Program-made: the position numbers and the translations under genes
Shown: piece after piece, positions 1-17,040 of the stretch
Layout: the number at the start of each line of letters is the position of its first letter
How positions within the stretch are numbered: the first letter of the stretch is position 1
From: the human T2T-CHM13v2.0 reference genome, Homo sapiens
Length of the DNA stretch: 64,000 nt
Assembly: GCF_009914755.1 (NCBI RefSeq)
Contig: NC_060925.1
Direction: 5' to 3' (one strand)
The notes under the pieces: generated by a model
Database searches by the model: none
What the model was told of the DNA's origin: nothing
The model's input: only the letters and a program-made list of their open reading frames with translations

Positions 1-739
1 CATGACTATGGAATGTTTCAGCAGAGACGGGGTCCAGATAGAACAACCTAATCCCCCATGCTGGTGTGTGCTATAATAGAGATACAGAAATTCCCATATA
101 TCTGCAGTGGAAAACACAGAATCATTAAGAGAGCCAAGAAGCATCACAAGAGAGCCAAGAGGAATCATTAATCCAGGAGTGAGTGACTGAAATTAAACTG
201 TGCTAAAGTCCATGCATCTTTTGAGGTTGTAGGGTGGGCAGTGGGGGAGTGGTTAAAATACCAAATAACTTTAGACTTTATCAAGCATGAAAAATAAAAT
301 TCTCAAACATAGTAACTAAAGAATAGAAATAAAATGTATAAATTTGAAATCTGTAGAGGAAAATACAGAATAAGAAAAAATAGGATATAAAGAGCCAAAA
401 AAAAAAAAAAGGCCAATACATACTCCCAAAAAGAAGGGGGAAAAGAAGCATAGAAAAGGAACCACAAAGTAAAATAGTAGAAACATATGCAAATACATCA
501 ATAATTAATGAGTAGAAGATAATCAATGGATAGAAGAACTCACAAGTTAGGACGCAGAGGTTGTCAGATTGGACTTTTTAAATTCCAGACATTACTAAAA
601 CGTAAGACTATGAAATTACTGAAAGTAAAAAGGTGGTAAATATATGCCAGAAAAATACTAATGGAATCAGAGTAACTATATTAGTATTAGATAAAATAGA
701 TGAAATAAAAACAAAACATTATCAGTGATAGTCACTATG

Positions 740-3145
740 TGTGATTCACTATATAAACAGAATTAAAAACAAAAACCATATAATCATCTCAGTAGACGCA
801 GAAAACGCTTTTGATAAAATCTAACATCTCTTCATGATAAAAAACCCTCAACAAACTAGACATTGAAGAAATGTACCTCGAATTAATAAGAGCCATCTAT
901 GACAAACCCACAGCCAACATCATACTGAATGGGCAAAAGTGAGAAGCATTCCCCTTGAGAACTGGAACAAGACAAGATGCCCACTATCACCACTCTTATT
1001 CAACATAGCACTGGAAGTCCTAGCCAGAACAATCAGGCAACAGAAAAAAATAAAAGGCATCAAAACAGGAAAAGAGGTCAAACTATCTCTCTTCATGGAT
1101 GATATGATTCTATACCTTAAAAACCCTAAAGACTCTGCCAAAAGGCCCTTGGAACTGATAAATGACTTCAGTAAAGTTTTGGGATACCAAATCAATGGCC
1201 AAAAATCAGTAGCATTGCTATATACCAATACATCCAAGCTGAGATCGAAATCAAGAACACAGTCCCTATACCATAGCTACAAAAAGAATAAAATACCTAG
1301 GAATATATCTAACCAATTAGCTGAAAGGTCTCTACAAGGCGAACTACAAAATGCTGCTGAAAGAAATCAGAGATAACACAAACAAGTGGGAAAATATTTC
1401 ATGCTCATGAATTGGTAGCATCAAAATTGTTAAAATGACCATACTTCCCAAAGCAATCTACAGATTCAATGCTATTCCTATCAAGCCAGCAATGTCCTTT
1501 TTCACAGAACTAGGAAAAAAAAGAGCCTGAATAATCAAAGCAATCCTAAGCAAAAAGAACAAAGCCAGAGGCATCACATTACCCACTTCAAACTACACTA
1601 CAAGGCTACAGTAGCCAAAATAGCATGGTACTGGTACAAAATAAACACATATACCAATGGAACAGAATAGAGAGCCCAGAAATAAAGCCATACACCTGCA
1701 ACCTTCTGATCTTCAACAAGCTTGACAAAATAAGCAATGGGGAAAAAGACTCTGTATCCATTAAATTGTGCTGGGATAACTGGCTATCTATATGCTGAAG
1801 AATGAAACTGGACCCCATCTATATGCTGAAGAATGAAACTGGTCCCTTTATACAAAAATTAACTCAAGAGGGATTAAAGACTTAAATGTAAGACCTCAAA
1901 CTATAACAATTCTAGAAGAAAACCTAGGAAATAACCTTCTCCATTTCAGCCCTGGCAAAGAATTTATGGCTAAGTCCCCAAAAGCAATTGTGACAAAAAC
2001 AAAAATTGATAAGTAGGACCTAAGCAAACTAAAGAAAGAGCTTCTGCACAGCAAGAGAAACTACCAAGAGAGTAAACAGACAACCTGCAGAATGAGAGAA
2101 AATATTTGCAAACCATGCATCCAACAGAGGTCTAATATCCAGAATCTATAAGGAGTTTAAACAAATCAAGAAGCAAAACGCAAAGAACTCCATGAAAAAG
2201 TGGACATGCATGTCTTTTTTTCTAAAGAAGAAAGAAGACACACATGTGGCCAACAAGCATATAAAAAAAAAGCTCAATACACTGATCATCAGAGAAATGC
2301 AAATCAAAACCACAGTAAGATACCATCTCACACCAGTCAGAATGGCTTTTGTTAAAAAGTCAAAAAATAACAGATGTTGGTGAGGCTGTGGAGAAAAAGG
2401 GACACTTCTACACTGTTGGTAGGAATGTAAATTAGTTCAGCCACTGTGGAGAGCAGTTTGGAGATTTCTCAAAGAACTAAGAGCTGAACTACCATTGGAC
2501 CCAGCTATCCCATTACTGGGTATATACCCAAAGGAAAATAAATCGTTCTACCAAAAGGACACATGCACCCAATGTTCATCATCATGCTATTCACAATAGC
2601 AAAAGCATGGCATCAATGCAGATGCCCATCAATGGTGGATTGGACAAAGAAAATGTGGCACATATACCCAATGGAATACTATGCAGCCATAAAAAAGAAC
2701 AAAATCATGTCCTTTGCAGCAACATGGATCTAGCTGGAGGCCATTATTCTAAGCTAAGTAATACATAAACAGAAAACCAAATATGACATGTTCTTACTTA
2801 TAAGTGGGAGCTAAATATTAGACATATGGACACATGGACATAAAAATGAGAAATAGACACTGGGGACTATTAGAAGGGATAGAGAGAGAGTGACACAAGG
2901 GCTGAAAAACTACCTATTGGCTACTATGTTCACTACGTGGGTGACAGGTTCTATCATACCACAAACCTGAGCATCACACAATATGCCCAAGTAACAAACA
3001 TGTACTACACTACAAGGCTACAGTGGCCAAAACAGCATGGTACTGGTACAAAAGTAGACACGTAGACCAATGGAACAAAATAGAGAGCCCAGAAATAAAT
3101 GCATACACCTACAACCCTCTTTAATTTGACACCAAATAAAAGTGG
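740..3145 (+). mobile_element. 5'-truncated L1 (L1PA15/16-like), ORF2 RT to 3' UTR
   Basis: L1 ORF2 fragments ([10 protein letters not shown]); 3' UTR gggctgaaaaactacctattgg...catcacacaatat. Confidence 0.85.
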
Positions 3146-3309
3146 ACCCACAGGAAGAAATAAAGACCATCAGATGCATACATACACGCATATAAACATG
3201 TGTGTATGTATATATACATATACATAGAATATCTTTTAAATCTTATTTTCTTAATTTCATTAAACAATATATGACTTTAAAGAAAAAATCAAACTGTATT
3301 GTTGGGCTT

Positions 3310-3515
3310 ATTATATATGTTTATATATAATATAATATGTAATACTTATATATTATATAAATATATTATGTATATTTATATATAATATATTATGTATATT
3401 TATATAATATATTATGTATATTTATATATAATGATATATTATATTGTGATATTTTATATATAATATAATAGTATATTTATATATAATATAATATATTATA
3501 TTATATATAAAATAT
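3310..3515. repeat. AT-rich (TA)n-derived tandem repeat
   Basis: About three copies of a 22-mer (tatataatatattatgtatatt) within near-pure A/T sequence. Confidence 0.9.
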
Positions 3516-3519
3516 CACC

Positions 3520-4370
3520 AATAATAGTAAGGATATGAAAAAGGGGAAATGGAAATATACTTTTGCAAGGTTGCTATATTTTACCTGAAATAATTTAACA
3601 TAAACTTAAAGAAGGTTTAAAACCAGTTAAACTGCATATTGTAATCCCTAAAGCAACCACTAAAAAGTAATCCAAAGAGAGAGAACTAATAAATCAGCTG
3701 ACACATTAAAATGAAATATTGAATAATACTTGATTAATACAAATAATGGCATGAAAGGATAAATAGGGAAATATATAATAACCAGATGAGACGAACAGAA
3801 AAAAATAGCAAAATGGCAGACTTGAATTCAACCACATCAATAATTACATTAAAGATTACTAGACTAACCACTCCAATCAAAGAAAGAGACTGATGAACTG
3901 GATTTTTTAAAAAGCAGGGACTGACAGCCTGTGTGTTATACTGAAGAGATGAACTTCAAATAGAAAGACAAAAATAGCTTTAAAATAAAAACAATAGAGA
4001 AAGCTATGTTATGCAAACAGTGCGCAAAAGAAATATGGAGTAGCTATACTATTATCAGACAAAATTAACTACCGATAAAGAATATTATCAGAGACAAGGA
4101 GGAACACTTCATGATAACAGAGGATCAATGCATCAGGTAGATTATGTGCTTCATAACAGAGCTTCAAATTACATGCAGCAAAACTTTCAGAAATAAGGAA
4201 ATAAATACACAAATTCAAACTCACAGATGGAGAATTTAGCAAGTCTTTAGAAATCGATATACAACTAACAAAAATATAGTAAGAATACTGAATATCTGAA
4301 TAACACTACCAATCACCTTAGTCTAATTGACGTTTATAGAACATTAAACACAACTGTAGAATACAAATTC
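3520..4370 (+). mobile_element. Old L1M fragment (inter-ORF region / ORF2 endonuclease start); resumes at ~6436
   Basis: gtaatccctaaagcaaccact, atcagacaaaat and gaatacaaattc motifs typical of L1M. Confidence 0.65.
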
Positions 4371-6437
<2,067 letters not shown>

Positions 6438-6728
6438 CACATTCTTTTCAAATGCACATGGAACATTGATCAAAATATGCTGATCTTTAAAAAAAACAGA
6501 TTTCAAAGGGTTGAAATTTTTAACTGTTACCTGAGAAGCCCAGAAACAAATTAAAAAGCAATAAAAACAAGATATCTGGAAGAGCTTAAAATATGTGAAA
6601 ATTTTATATATTTTTGGATAAATAATTGATATTTATTAATTGATATTGAGATAATTGGCTAACTAATCACTTGAGGAAAAATAAGTTTCATTTCCCACCT
6701 ATTTGTATGTAGATAAATAAGCAAATAA

Positions 6729-8947
<2,219 letters not shown>

Positions 8948-9328
8948 CCCACAAATCAAATCCCTGAGCTGATCTACCCACAGGAGTAACTGCTTCAAGA
9001 TGCCACCAAGGGGCATCTTGGTGTTCCTTCCTCTGCCTTGGCTTGCCTAAACACCGAATCAGGAAATATCCAGCAACCAATATAGCAGTTTCATTTTTAC
9101 AATGTGGCATTCAAAACTGAACTGAGTCTCTTCAGGATGGTGATATAACCAGTTCAAAGTTTTGCTTTATCCAGCTGTCACTCATGGATTCAATCAGTAG
9201 GTATTTCTTGGGCATCATCAACAGACACAGTCATCTGCATCATGCGATGGAAGCAAAGGACATAGCAGCTGAGTTACCACCTTTCAGGAGTTTTTATGGA
9301 GGTATCTGAGTAGTAAATAAATGGGATA

Positions 9329-9635
9329 GGCCAAGCTCAGTATCTCGCACCCGTAATCCCAGCACTTTGGGAGGCCAAGGTGGGTGGATTGCCGGAGGAC
9401 AGGACTTTGAGAACAGCCTGGCCAAAATGGTGAAACCCTGTCACTACTAAAAATACAAGAATTAGCCAGGCATGGTGGTGGGTGCCTGTAATCCCAGCTA
9501 CTCAGGAGGCTGAGGCAGGAGAATCACTCTAACCTAGGAGGCTGAGGTTTCAGTGAGCTGAGATTATGTCACTGCACTCCAGCCAGGTCGAGAGAGCAAG
9601 GCTCTGTCTCAATAAATAAATGAATAAATAAATAA
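9329..9635 (+). mobile_element. AluS-type element
   Basis: Dimeric Alu with (AAAT)n tail; TSD aaataaatgggata / aaataagtgggata. Confidence 0.92.
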
Positions 9636-11260
9636 GTGGGATAGATGTATACTTTTTAATAAGTCTTCAAAATCACAAGCACACTTTTCTAAGAGTTACA
9701 TTCATACTCTACATATGGCTCTATGTTCTACTTTTATCACTTTCCCACATGCTTTACTCATATCATTAAACATTCTCCATAAACATCGCTTTCAATGACT
9801 ATGCTACACCTAGCCCCATGGTTGCCATTCAGTTTCTCACAGGAGCTGCCCTGGATAGTGAGACTTGCATTTATGCCAATATGGGGAGTTCATAATCTGA
9901 CACATCTTCCTGCAATTTGAAAATAATGAATCAAACATAGCAAACATGAAATGACCTCTGGAAGGTTTAGGGGCTGCCATCTAGACTGGAGGCTCAACTT
10001 AATCATGACCTTGTTTAAATGAATGGTTAACAGCAAAGTCTCTGGAGCCTGACTGCCTGGATTACAATCCTGGCTGTACCTCTTACCAACTGGGGGATTC
10101 TGGACAGGGAACTACCCTGTTTGCGCCTTAGCTTTCCCACCTATAATATGAAGATTTTTTAAAAAATCTCTTTTGTAGAGTTTTTCTGGAGAAAGCATGT
10201 AAAGTTTTGGCTTCATGGCCAGAACATAACAAGTGCTCACTAAATGTTGGCCATTACCACATTTTGAGCCCAACTCTAAAGAAATTGAGAATCTAGGGAG
10301 GGGAAAAAAAAAGCACAGTGAGAATTCAAAGCCAAAATCTCTGACTTCAGAGCTACTGTTGCCCATGCTATGGGAGAAAAACAGGTGCTGATCCAAGTAG
10401 GGAAAGAGTCAGGGTCCAAGAGTCCCCAGTCGGGGTTAGGGAGGCAGTGATGGCTGGTGGAAAGTAGCCACAGAACTGGGGGAGGTTGGGTGGAATGAAG
10501 TGTAAATAGTTACATGTCCCTACTCTTTGGTTTGGATAGGAGCCCAGGATTTGAGGCAGAAAGAAAAGAACTCTGACTCTCTGGGTTCTCGAATGTGTCA
10601 CCTGCCATGAGTGGGGCAAAGGAGGAAGGTGTTGGGCATAAGAGTTTAGATGGATTAGGGAGCAGGAGGAAATGGAGCCCCTGGGAGAGCTGACTTCCAT
10701 GGAATTCTTTTGGAAATCTATTGATTTATGTTCTGAATTGATGACCTTTGGTATGACCTTGTGGAGATAATTATGAAAAAAGTGAGAGGAGTGGTAATTT
10801 GAAGAGGAGCTGGTCCCATTTCTGCTCTTTCATGTATGATCTCCATGAATCTGCCAGTGCTTTTTCCTTTTTCTAGTATTTACCAACTGGTAAGCTCCTC
10901 TTCGTCCTTAAAGACCTCTTTACTTATTTATCTTCTCTGTCTCTGAATGGCCCAAGCCCACGATTTATTCCTTCAGTACACCCTCTATAATGTTTTAACA
11001 CAATAATTTATTTTCCTTCCTTTAGCTACTAAACGGTGAGGTTAAAAAAACCTTTGTTTTTGAATAAATAAATGAGTGAATAAGTGAATAATTCTATGAG
11101 ATATTCAGAGAAGTGCCTGTAATCGCAGCACTTCGGGAGGCCGAGGTGGGTGGATCACGAGGTCAGGAGATCAAGATATTCAAAGAAATGATTGTAATCC
11201 CCCCCATTTTAGTTTTCTATGGCTATTGTGAAAAAAAATAATACCAGAAAGTTGGTGGAT

Positions 11261-12752
11261 GTAGCAGTCCTGCACCTGTTTTCCCACCTTTCTTGACCAC
11301 AAAGAAAGGGGTCCAGGCTGCTGGATTCTAGTGGACCTTTACCAGTGTGCCCGACATTGCGTTTGTGCTCAGAGGTGAGTCCCAGAGCTGGGCTGGGTTC
11401 CCGAGTACTTCCTATTAACCCAGGTGCCCCATCAAGATGCATTCCTACAAGCAACAGTTCTCTCTTATGCAAATTCATTTCAGAGAGGGTGTGGGTAACC
11501 TATTGAGTCAGAATTGAGACAGAGTTTTTTGATTCTGTAAGTACTTTAAGGCTTGGCTGAGTGCAAACAGCTTGCATGTTTGAGCAGACCAGTTATTAGG
11601 CAATTTTCTTAACTCTGCTTCTACAGGACTTTCCCTCAATTATTGAATACCCATTGTGTTTTTTTCTCAATCACCTGGGAGGAACCATCTATTGTCTTGT
11701 CCTGAAGGGAGTTCCTCCTAGATCTGGTTGGGCCTTTGTATGGTAATTAAGATTTAAATCCCCTGTTAGGAAATCTGCTGGGGTAAGGGAATTTTCAATG
11801 GTTAATGTTAAATTATCTTTTTCTAACAGAATAGCCCCATACTTTGAGATTTTTGAGTTAGCAACCTACCCTTTTTGCTTTTTTAACTTAGGATAGTTCT
11901 GAACTGGTGAGGTGGGCTCACAATGAGGTTTCCTCTAGAGGCTAATTTTCTACTTCCTTCTGTTAGCAAAGCAGTCGCTGCAACTGATGAATGCATTTCG
12001 GCCATCTGCAGGTTCCTGGGTTAAGGATTTTTGATAAGAAGGCTACTGGTTGTCAGTGGCCTCAGTGCTTTTGGGCTATGCCCTTGTTTACACGGACAAC
12101 AAAGTGGTATTGGAGTGTTATAGGGTCACAGAGAAAACTTCCAATTATCAATTATAGGTTTTAAATTTACCCTGGCTTTTAAAGAAATAGGATATACTGT
12201 TTTTTTCTTTACTACTTCTATCTTTCTCTTTCTCTCTTTCTTTCTCCTTTCTGTCTTTGTAGATGCATTTTGGAAACACAGTGGAAGGATGTTCGCTCAT
12301 TGCCCTCATTTGCCACTATATGAATATGCGCCTCCCTTTTATTTACTCAATTTGTTTTCATCCTGATCTATTATGTTGTTGTAGACCCTGTTTCAGTTGT
12401 TAAAGTACTAGGTTATCAGTTCTAAGACCCTGGTAAGGGTGGTGGGGAACGGGTCCCACATAACTGCCCATGTGGAGAGCTGTATGCCTAAATTGGGAGG
12501 GACACCAGGGACAAGACTCCCTGGGTTTATAGCCTAGGGGCCTGAGGATGCAGCATAGAGCTTCCTTAGATCCCTTTGGAGATACAACCTGCTCTAATAC
12601 TTGGGAGAGGAAGTGAAAGCCTGAAGCATTAGTGTCTAGGAGGTAGGGATCAGAGGAAGTCGATTCAGAAGTTAGGAGAATTTTGGGGCTACACTTTCAA
12701 GAAAGTCATGGTCAGGACCCAGGAGGTATGAGTCAGAAGGAAAGGTAGGGTC
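11261..12752 (-). mobile_element. ERV1-class internal fragment (MER4/HUERS-P-like; subfamily uncertain)
   Basis: Resembles remembered class I ERV internal consensus; no LTR or ORF seen. Confidence 0.55.
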
Positions 12753-13270
12753 ACACACATTGGCCTGTTGTGGGGTGGGGTGAGGGTGGTGGGATAGCAT
12801 TAGGAGATATACCTAATGTAAATGAGGAGTTAATGGGTAGAGCACTCCAACATGGCACATGTATACATATGTAACAAACCTGCACGTTGTGCACATGTAT
12901 CCTAGAACTTAACATATAATATAAAAAAAGGAATGAAATCATGTCCTCTGCAGCAACGTGGATACAGCTGGAAGCCATTACCCTAAGCCGATTAACACAG
13001 TAACAGAAAACTAAATACCGCATGTTATCACTTATAACTGGGACCTAAACATTGGATACACACAGACACAAAGATGGGAATGGTAGACACTGAGGACTCC
13101 AAAAAGGGATGGGATGGAGGGAGGGGGAAAGGATGGAAAAGCTACCTATTAGGTACTGTGTTCACTACCTTGGTCAAACTTTAGCATCATGTGATATACT
13201 CATGTAACAAACCTGCACATGTACCCTCTGAATCAACATTTTAACACATAAAATTTTAAAAAAAGAGAAA
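12753..13270 (+). mobile_element. Two stacked L1 3' ends (L1PA5/6-like 12753-12930; older L1PA15/16- or L1PB-like 12930-13270)
   Basis: Two successive L1 3' UTR termini, each ending in an A tail. Confidence 0.75.
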
Positions 13271-13456
13271 AAAAAAGAAATAAAGCCATGCACCTACAGC
13301 CATCTGATCCTCAACAAAGTCAACAAAAATAAGCAATGGGAAAAGGACTCCCTATACAATAAATTGTACTGGGAAAACTGGGTGACCATATGCAAAAGAA
13401 TGCAACTGGACCCTGACTTTTCACCATATAAAAATTAACTTAAGATGGATTAAAGG

Positions 13457-13706
13457 GGCCGGGCACGATGGCTCATGCTTGCAATCCCAGCACTTTGGGA
13501 AGCCGAGGAGGACAGATAGCGAGGTCAGGAGATCGAGACCATCCTGGCTAATATGGTGAAACCCCGTCTCTACTAAAAATACAAAAAATTAGCCGGGCAT
13601 GGTGGTGGGCGCCTGTAGTCCCAGCTACTCAGGAGGGTGAGGCAGGAGAATGGCATGAACCCAGGAGGCTGAGCTTGCAGTGAGCCAAGATCGAAAAAAA
13701 AAAAAA
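13457..13706 (+). mobile_element. AluY-like element lacking its last ~40 nt
   Basis: gatcgagaccatcctggctaa diagnostic; A tail directly after ccaagatcg; TSD gatggattaaagg (13444-13456 / 13708-13720). Confidence 0.9.
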
Positions 13707-13998
13707 TGATGGATTAAAGGTTTAAATGTAAGACCTGAAACTATAAGAATCCTAGATGAAAACCTAGGAAACATGATGATTTACATCAGCCTTGAGAAAG
13801 AATTGATAACTAAGTTCTCAAAAGCAATTGCAAAAAAGTAAAAATTCACAAGTGGGACTTAATTAAAGTGCTTCTGCACAGCAAAAGAAACTATAAACAA
13901 AGTAAACAGACAACCTACAGAATGGGAGAAAATATTCGCAAACTATGCATCTGACAAAGGTCTAATATCCAGAATCCCTAAAGAAATTAAACAATTCA

Positions 13999-16900
13999 TT
14001 TTTTTATTATACTTTAAGTTCTGAGATACATGTGCAGAACGTGCAGGTTTGTTACATTGGTATAGATGTGCCATGGTGGTTTGCTGCACCCATCAACCTG
14101 TCATCTACATTAGGTATTTCTCCTAATGCTATCCTTCCCCTAACCCACCATCCCAGACAGGTCCCCGTGTGTGATGTTCCCCTCCCTGTGTCCATGTGTT
14201 CTCATTGTTCCACTCCCACTTATGAGTGAGAACATGTGGTGTTTGGTTTTCTGTTCTTGTGTTAGTTTGCTGAGAATGATGGTTTCCAGCTTCATCCATG
14301 TCCCTGCAAAGGACGTGACGTCATCCTTTTTTATGGCTGTATAGTGTTCCATGGTGTATATGTGCCACATTTTCTTTATCCAATCTATCATTGATGGGCA
14401 TTTGGGTTGGCTCCAAATCTCTTCTATTGTGAACAGTGCCACAATGAACATACGTGTGCATGTGTCTTTATAGTAGAATGATTTATAATCCCTTGGGTAT
14501 ATACCCAGTAATGGGATTGCTGGGTCAAATGGTATTTCTGGTTCTAGATCCTTGAGGAATTGCCACACTGCCTTCCACAATGGTTGAATTAATTTGCACT
14601 CCCTCCAACAGTGTAAAAGTATAGGGAAAAGAAAGAGAGATCAGACTGTTACTGTGGCTATGTAGAAAGGAAAGACATAAGAGACTCCATTTTGAAAAAG
14701 ACCTGTACTTTAAACAATTGCTTTGCTGAGATGTTGTTAATTTGTAGCTTTGCCCCAACCACTTTGCCCCAGCCACTTTGACCCAACCTGGAGCTCATAA
14801 AAACATGTGCTGTATGAAATTAAGGTTTAAGGGATCTAAGGCTGTGTAGGACGTGCCTTGTTAAAAAAATGTTTACAAGCAGTATACTTGGTAAAAGTCA
14901 TCACCAGTCTCTAGTCTCAACAAACCAGGGGCACAATGCACTGCGGAAAGCCACAGGGACCTCTGCCCTCGAAAGCTGGGTATTGCCCAAGGTTTCTCCC
15001 TATGTGATAGTCTGAAATATGGCCTCGTGGGATGAGAAAGACCTGACTGTCCCCCAGCCCAACACCCGTAAAGAGTCTGTGCTGAGGTGGATTAGTAAAA
15101 GAGGAAAGCCTCTTGCAGTTGAGATAGAGGAAGGCCACTGTCTCCTGCCTGCCCCGGGAACTGAATGTCTTGGTATAAAACCCGATTGTACATTTGTTCA
15201 ATTCTGAGATAGGAGAAAAACCGCCCTATGGTGGGAGGCGAGACATGTTTGCAGTAATGCTGCCTTATTATTCTTTATTCCGCTGAGATGTTTGGGTGGA
15301 GAGAAACATAAATCTGGCCTACGTGCACATCCAAGCATAGTACCTTCCCTTGAACTTAATTATGATATAGATTGTTTTGCTCACATGTTTTTTGCTGACC
15401 TTCTCCTTATTATCACCCTGCTCTCCTACTACATTCCTTTTTGCTGAAATATTGAAAATAATAATCAATAAAAACTGAGGGAACTCAGAGACTGGTGCTT
15501 GTGCAGGTCCTTGGTGTGCTGAGTGCCGGTCTCCTGGGCCCACTGTTGTTTCTCTATACTTTGCCTCTGTGTCTTATTTCTTTTCTCAGTCTCTTGTCCC
15601 ACCCGACTAGAAATACCCACAGGTGTGGAGGGGCAGGCCACCCCTTCATAAAAGCATTCCTATTTCTCCACATCCTCTCCAGCATCTGTGGTTTCCAGAC
15701 TTTTTAATGATTGCCATTTTAACTGGCATGAGATGGTATCTCATTGCGGTTTTGATTTGCATTTCTCTAATGACCAGTGATGATGAGCTTTTTTTGCTCT
15801 GTTTTTTGGCTACATAAATGTCTTCTTTTGAGAAGTGTCGTTTCATATCCTTTGCACACTTTTTGATGGGGTTGTTTTTTTCTTGTGAATTTTGTTTCGG
15901 TTCTTTGTAGATTCGCGATATTAGCCCTTTGTCAGATGGATAGATCGCAAAAATTTTCTCCCATTCTGTAGGTTGCCTGCTCACTCTGATGACAGTTTCT
16001 TTTGCTCTGCAGAAGTTCTTTAGTTTAATTAGATTCCATTTGTCAATTTTGGCTTTTGTTGCCATTGCTTTTGATGTTTTGGACATGAAGTCCTTGCCCA
16101 TGCTTATGTTCTGAATGGTATTGCTGAGGTTTTCTTCCAGGCTTTTTATGGTTTTACATCTTAAGTTTTTAATCCATCTTGAGTTAATTTTTGTATAAGG
16201 TGTAAGGAAGGGGTTCCAGTTTCAGTTTTCTGCATATGGCTAGCCAGTTTTCCCAGCACCATATATTAAATAGGAAATCCTTTCCCCATTGCTTGTTTTT
16301 GTCAGGTTTGTCAAAGATCAGATAATTGTAGATATGTGGTGTTATTTCCGAGGCCTCTGTTCTGTTTCTTTGGTCTGTATATCTGTTTTGGTACCAGTAC
16401 CATGCTGTTTTGGTTACTGTAGACTTGTAGTATAGTTTGAAGTCACGTAGCATGATGCCTCCAGCTTTGTTCTTTTGGCTTAGGATTGTCTTGGCAATGC
16501 GGGCTCTTTTTTGTTCCATATGAAATTTAAAGAAGTTTTTCTAATTCTGTGAAGAAAGTCAATGGTACCTTGATGGGAATAGCACTGAATCTATAAATTA
16601 TTTTGGGCAGTATGGCCATTTTTACTATATTGATTCTTCCTATCCATGAGCATGGAATTTTTTTCCATTTGTTTGTGTCCTCTTTTATTTTGTTGAGCAG
16701 TGTTTTGTAGTTCTCCTTGTAGAGGTCCTTCGCATCCCTTGTAAGTGGTATTCCTAGGTATTTTATTTTCTTTGTAGCAATTGTGAGTGGGAGTTCACTC
16801 ATGATTTGGCTTCTGTTTGTCTCTTATTGGTGTGTAGGAATGCTTGTAATTTTTGCATGTTGATTTTGTATCATGAGACTTTGCTGAAGTTGCTTATCAG

Positions 16901-17040
16901 CTTAAGGAGATTTTGGACTGAGACGATGGGGTTTTCTAAATATACAATCATGTCATCTGCAAACAGGGACAATTTGACTTCTGTTTTCCTATTTGAATAC
17001 CCTTTATTTCTTTCTCTTACCTGTCCAGAACTTCCAATAC
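13999..17040 (-). mobile_element. 5'-truncated L1PA7-like element, interrupted by LTR5A
   Basis: 3' end gttctgagatacatgtgcagaacgtg...; ORF2 fragments on the - strand. Confidence 0.88.
14620..15648 (+). mobile_element. Solo HERV-K (HML-2) LTR5A
   Basis: t(a)tagggaaaagaaagagagatcagac...gccaccccttca, 1029 bp; perfect 6-bp TSD TAAAAG (14614-14619 / 15649-15654); TATAAAA at 15174; AATAAA at 15467. Confidence 0.92.
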
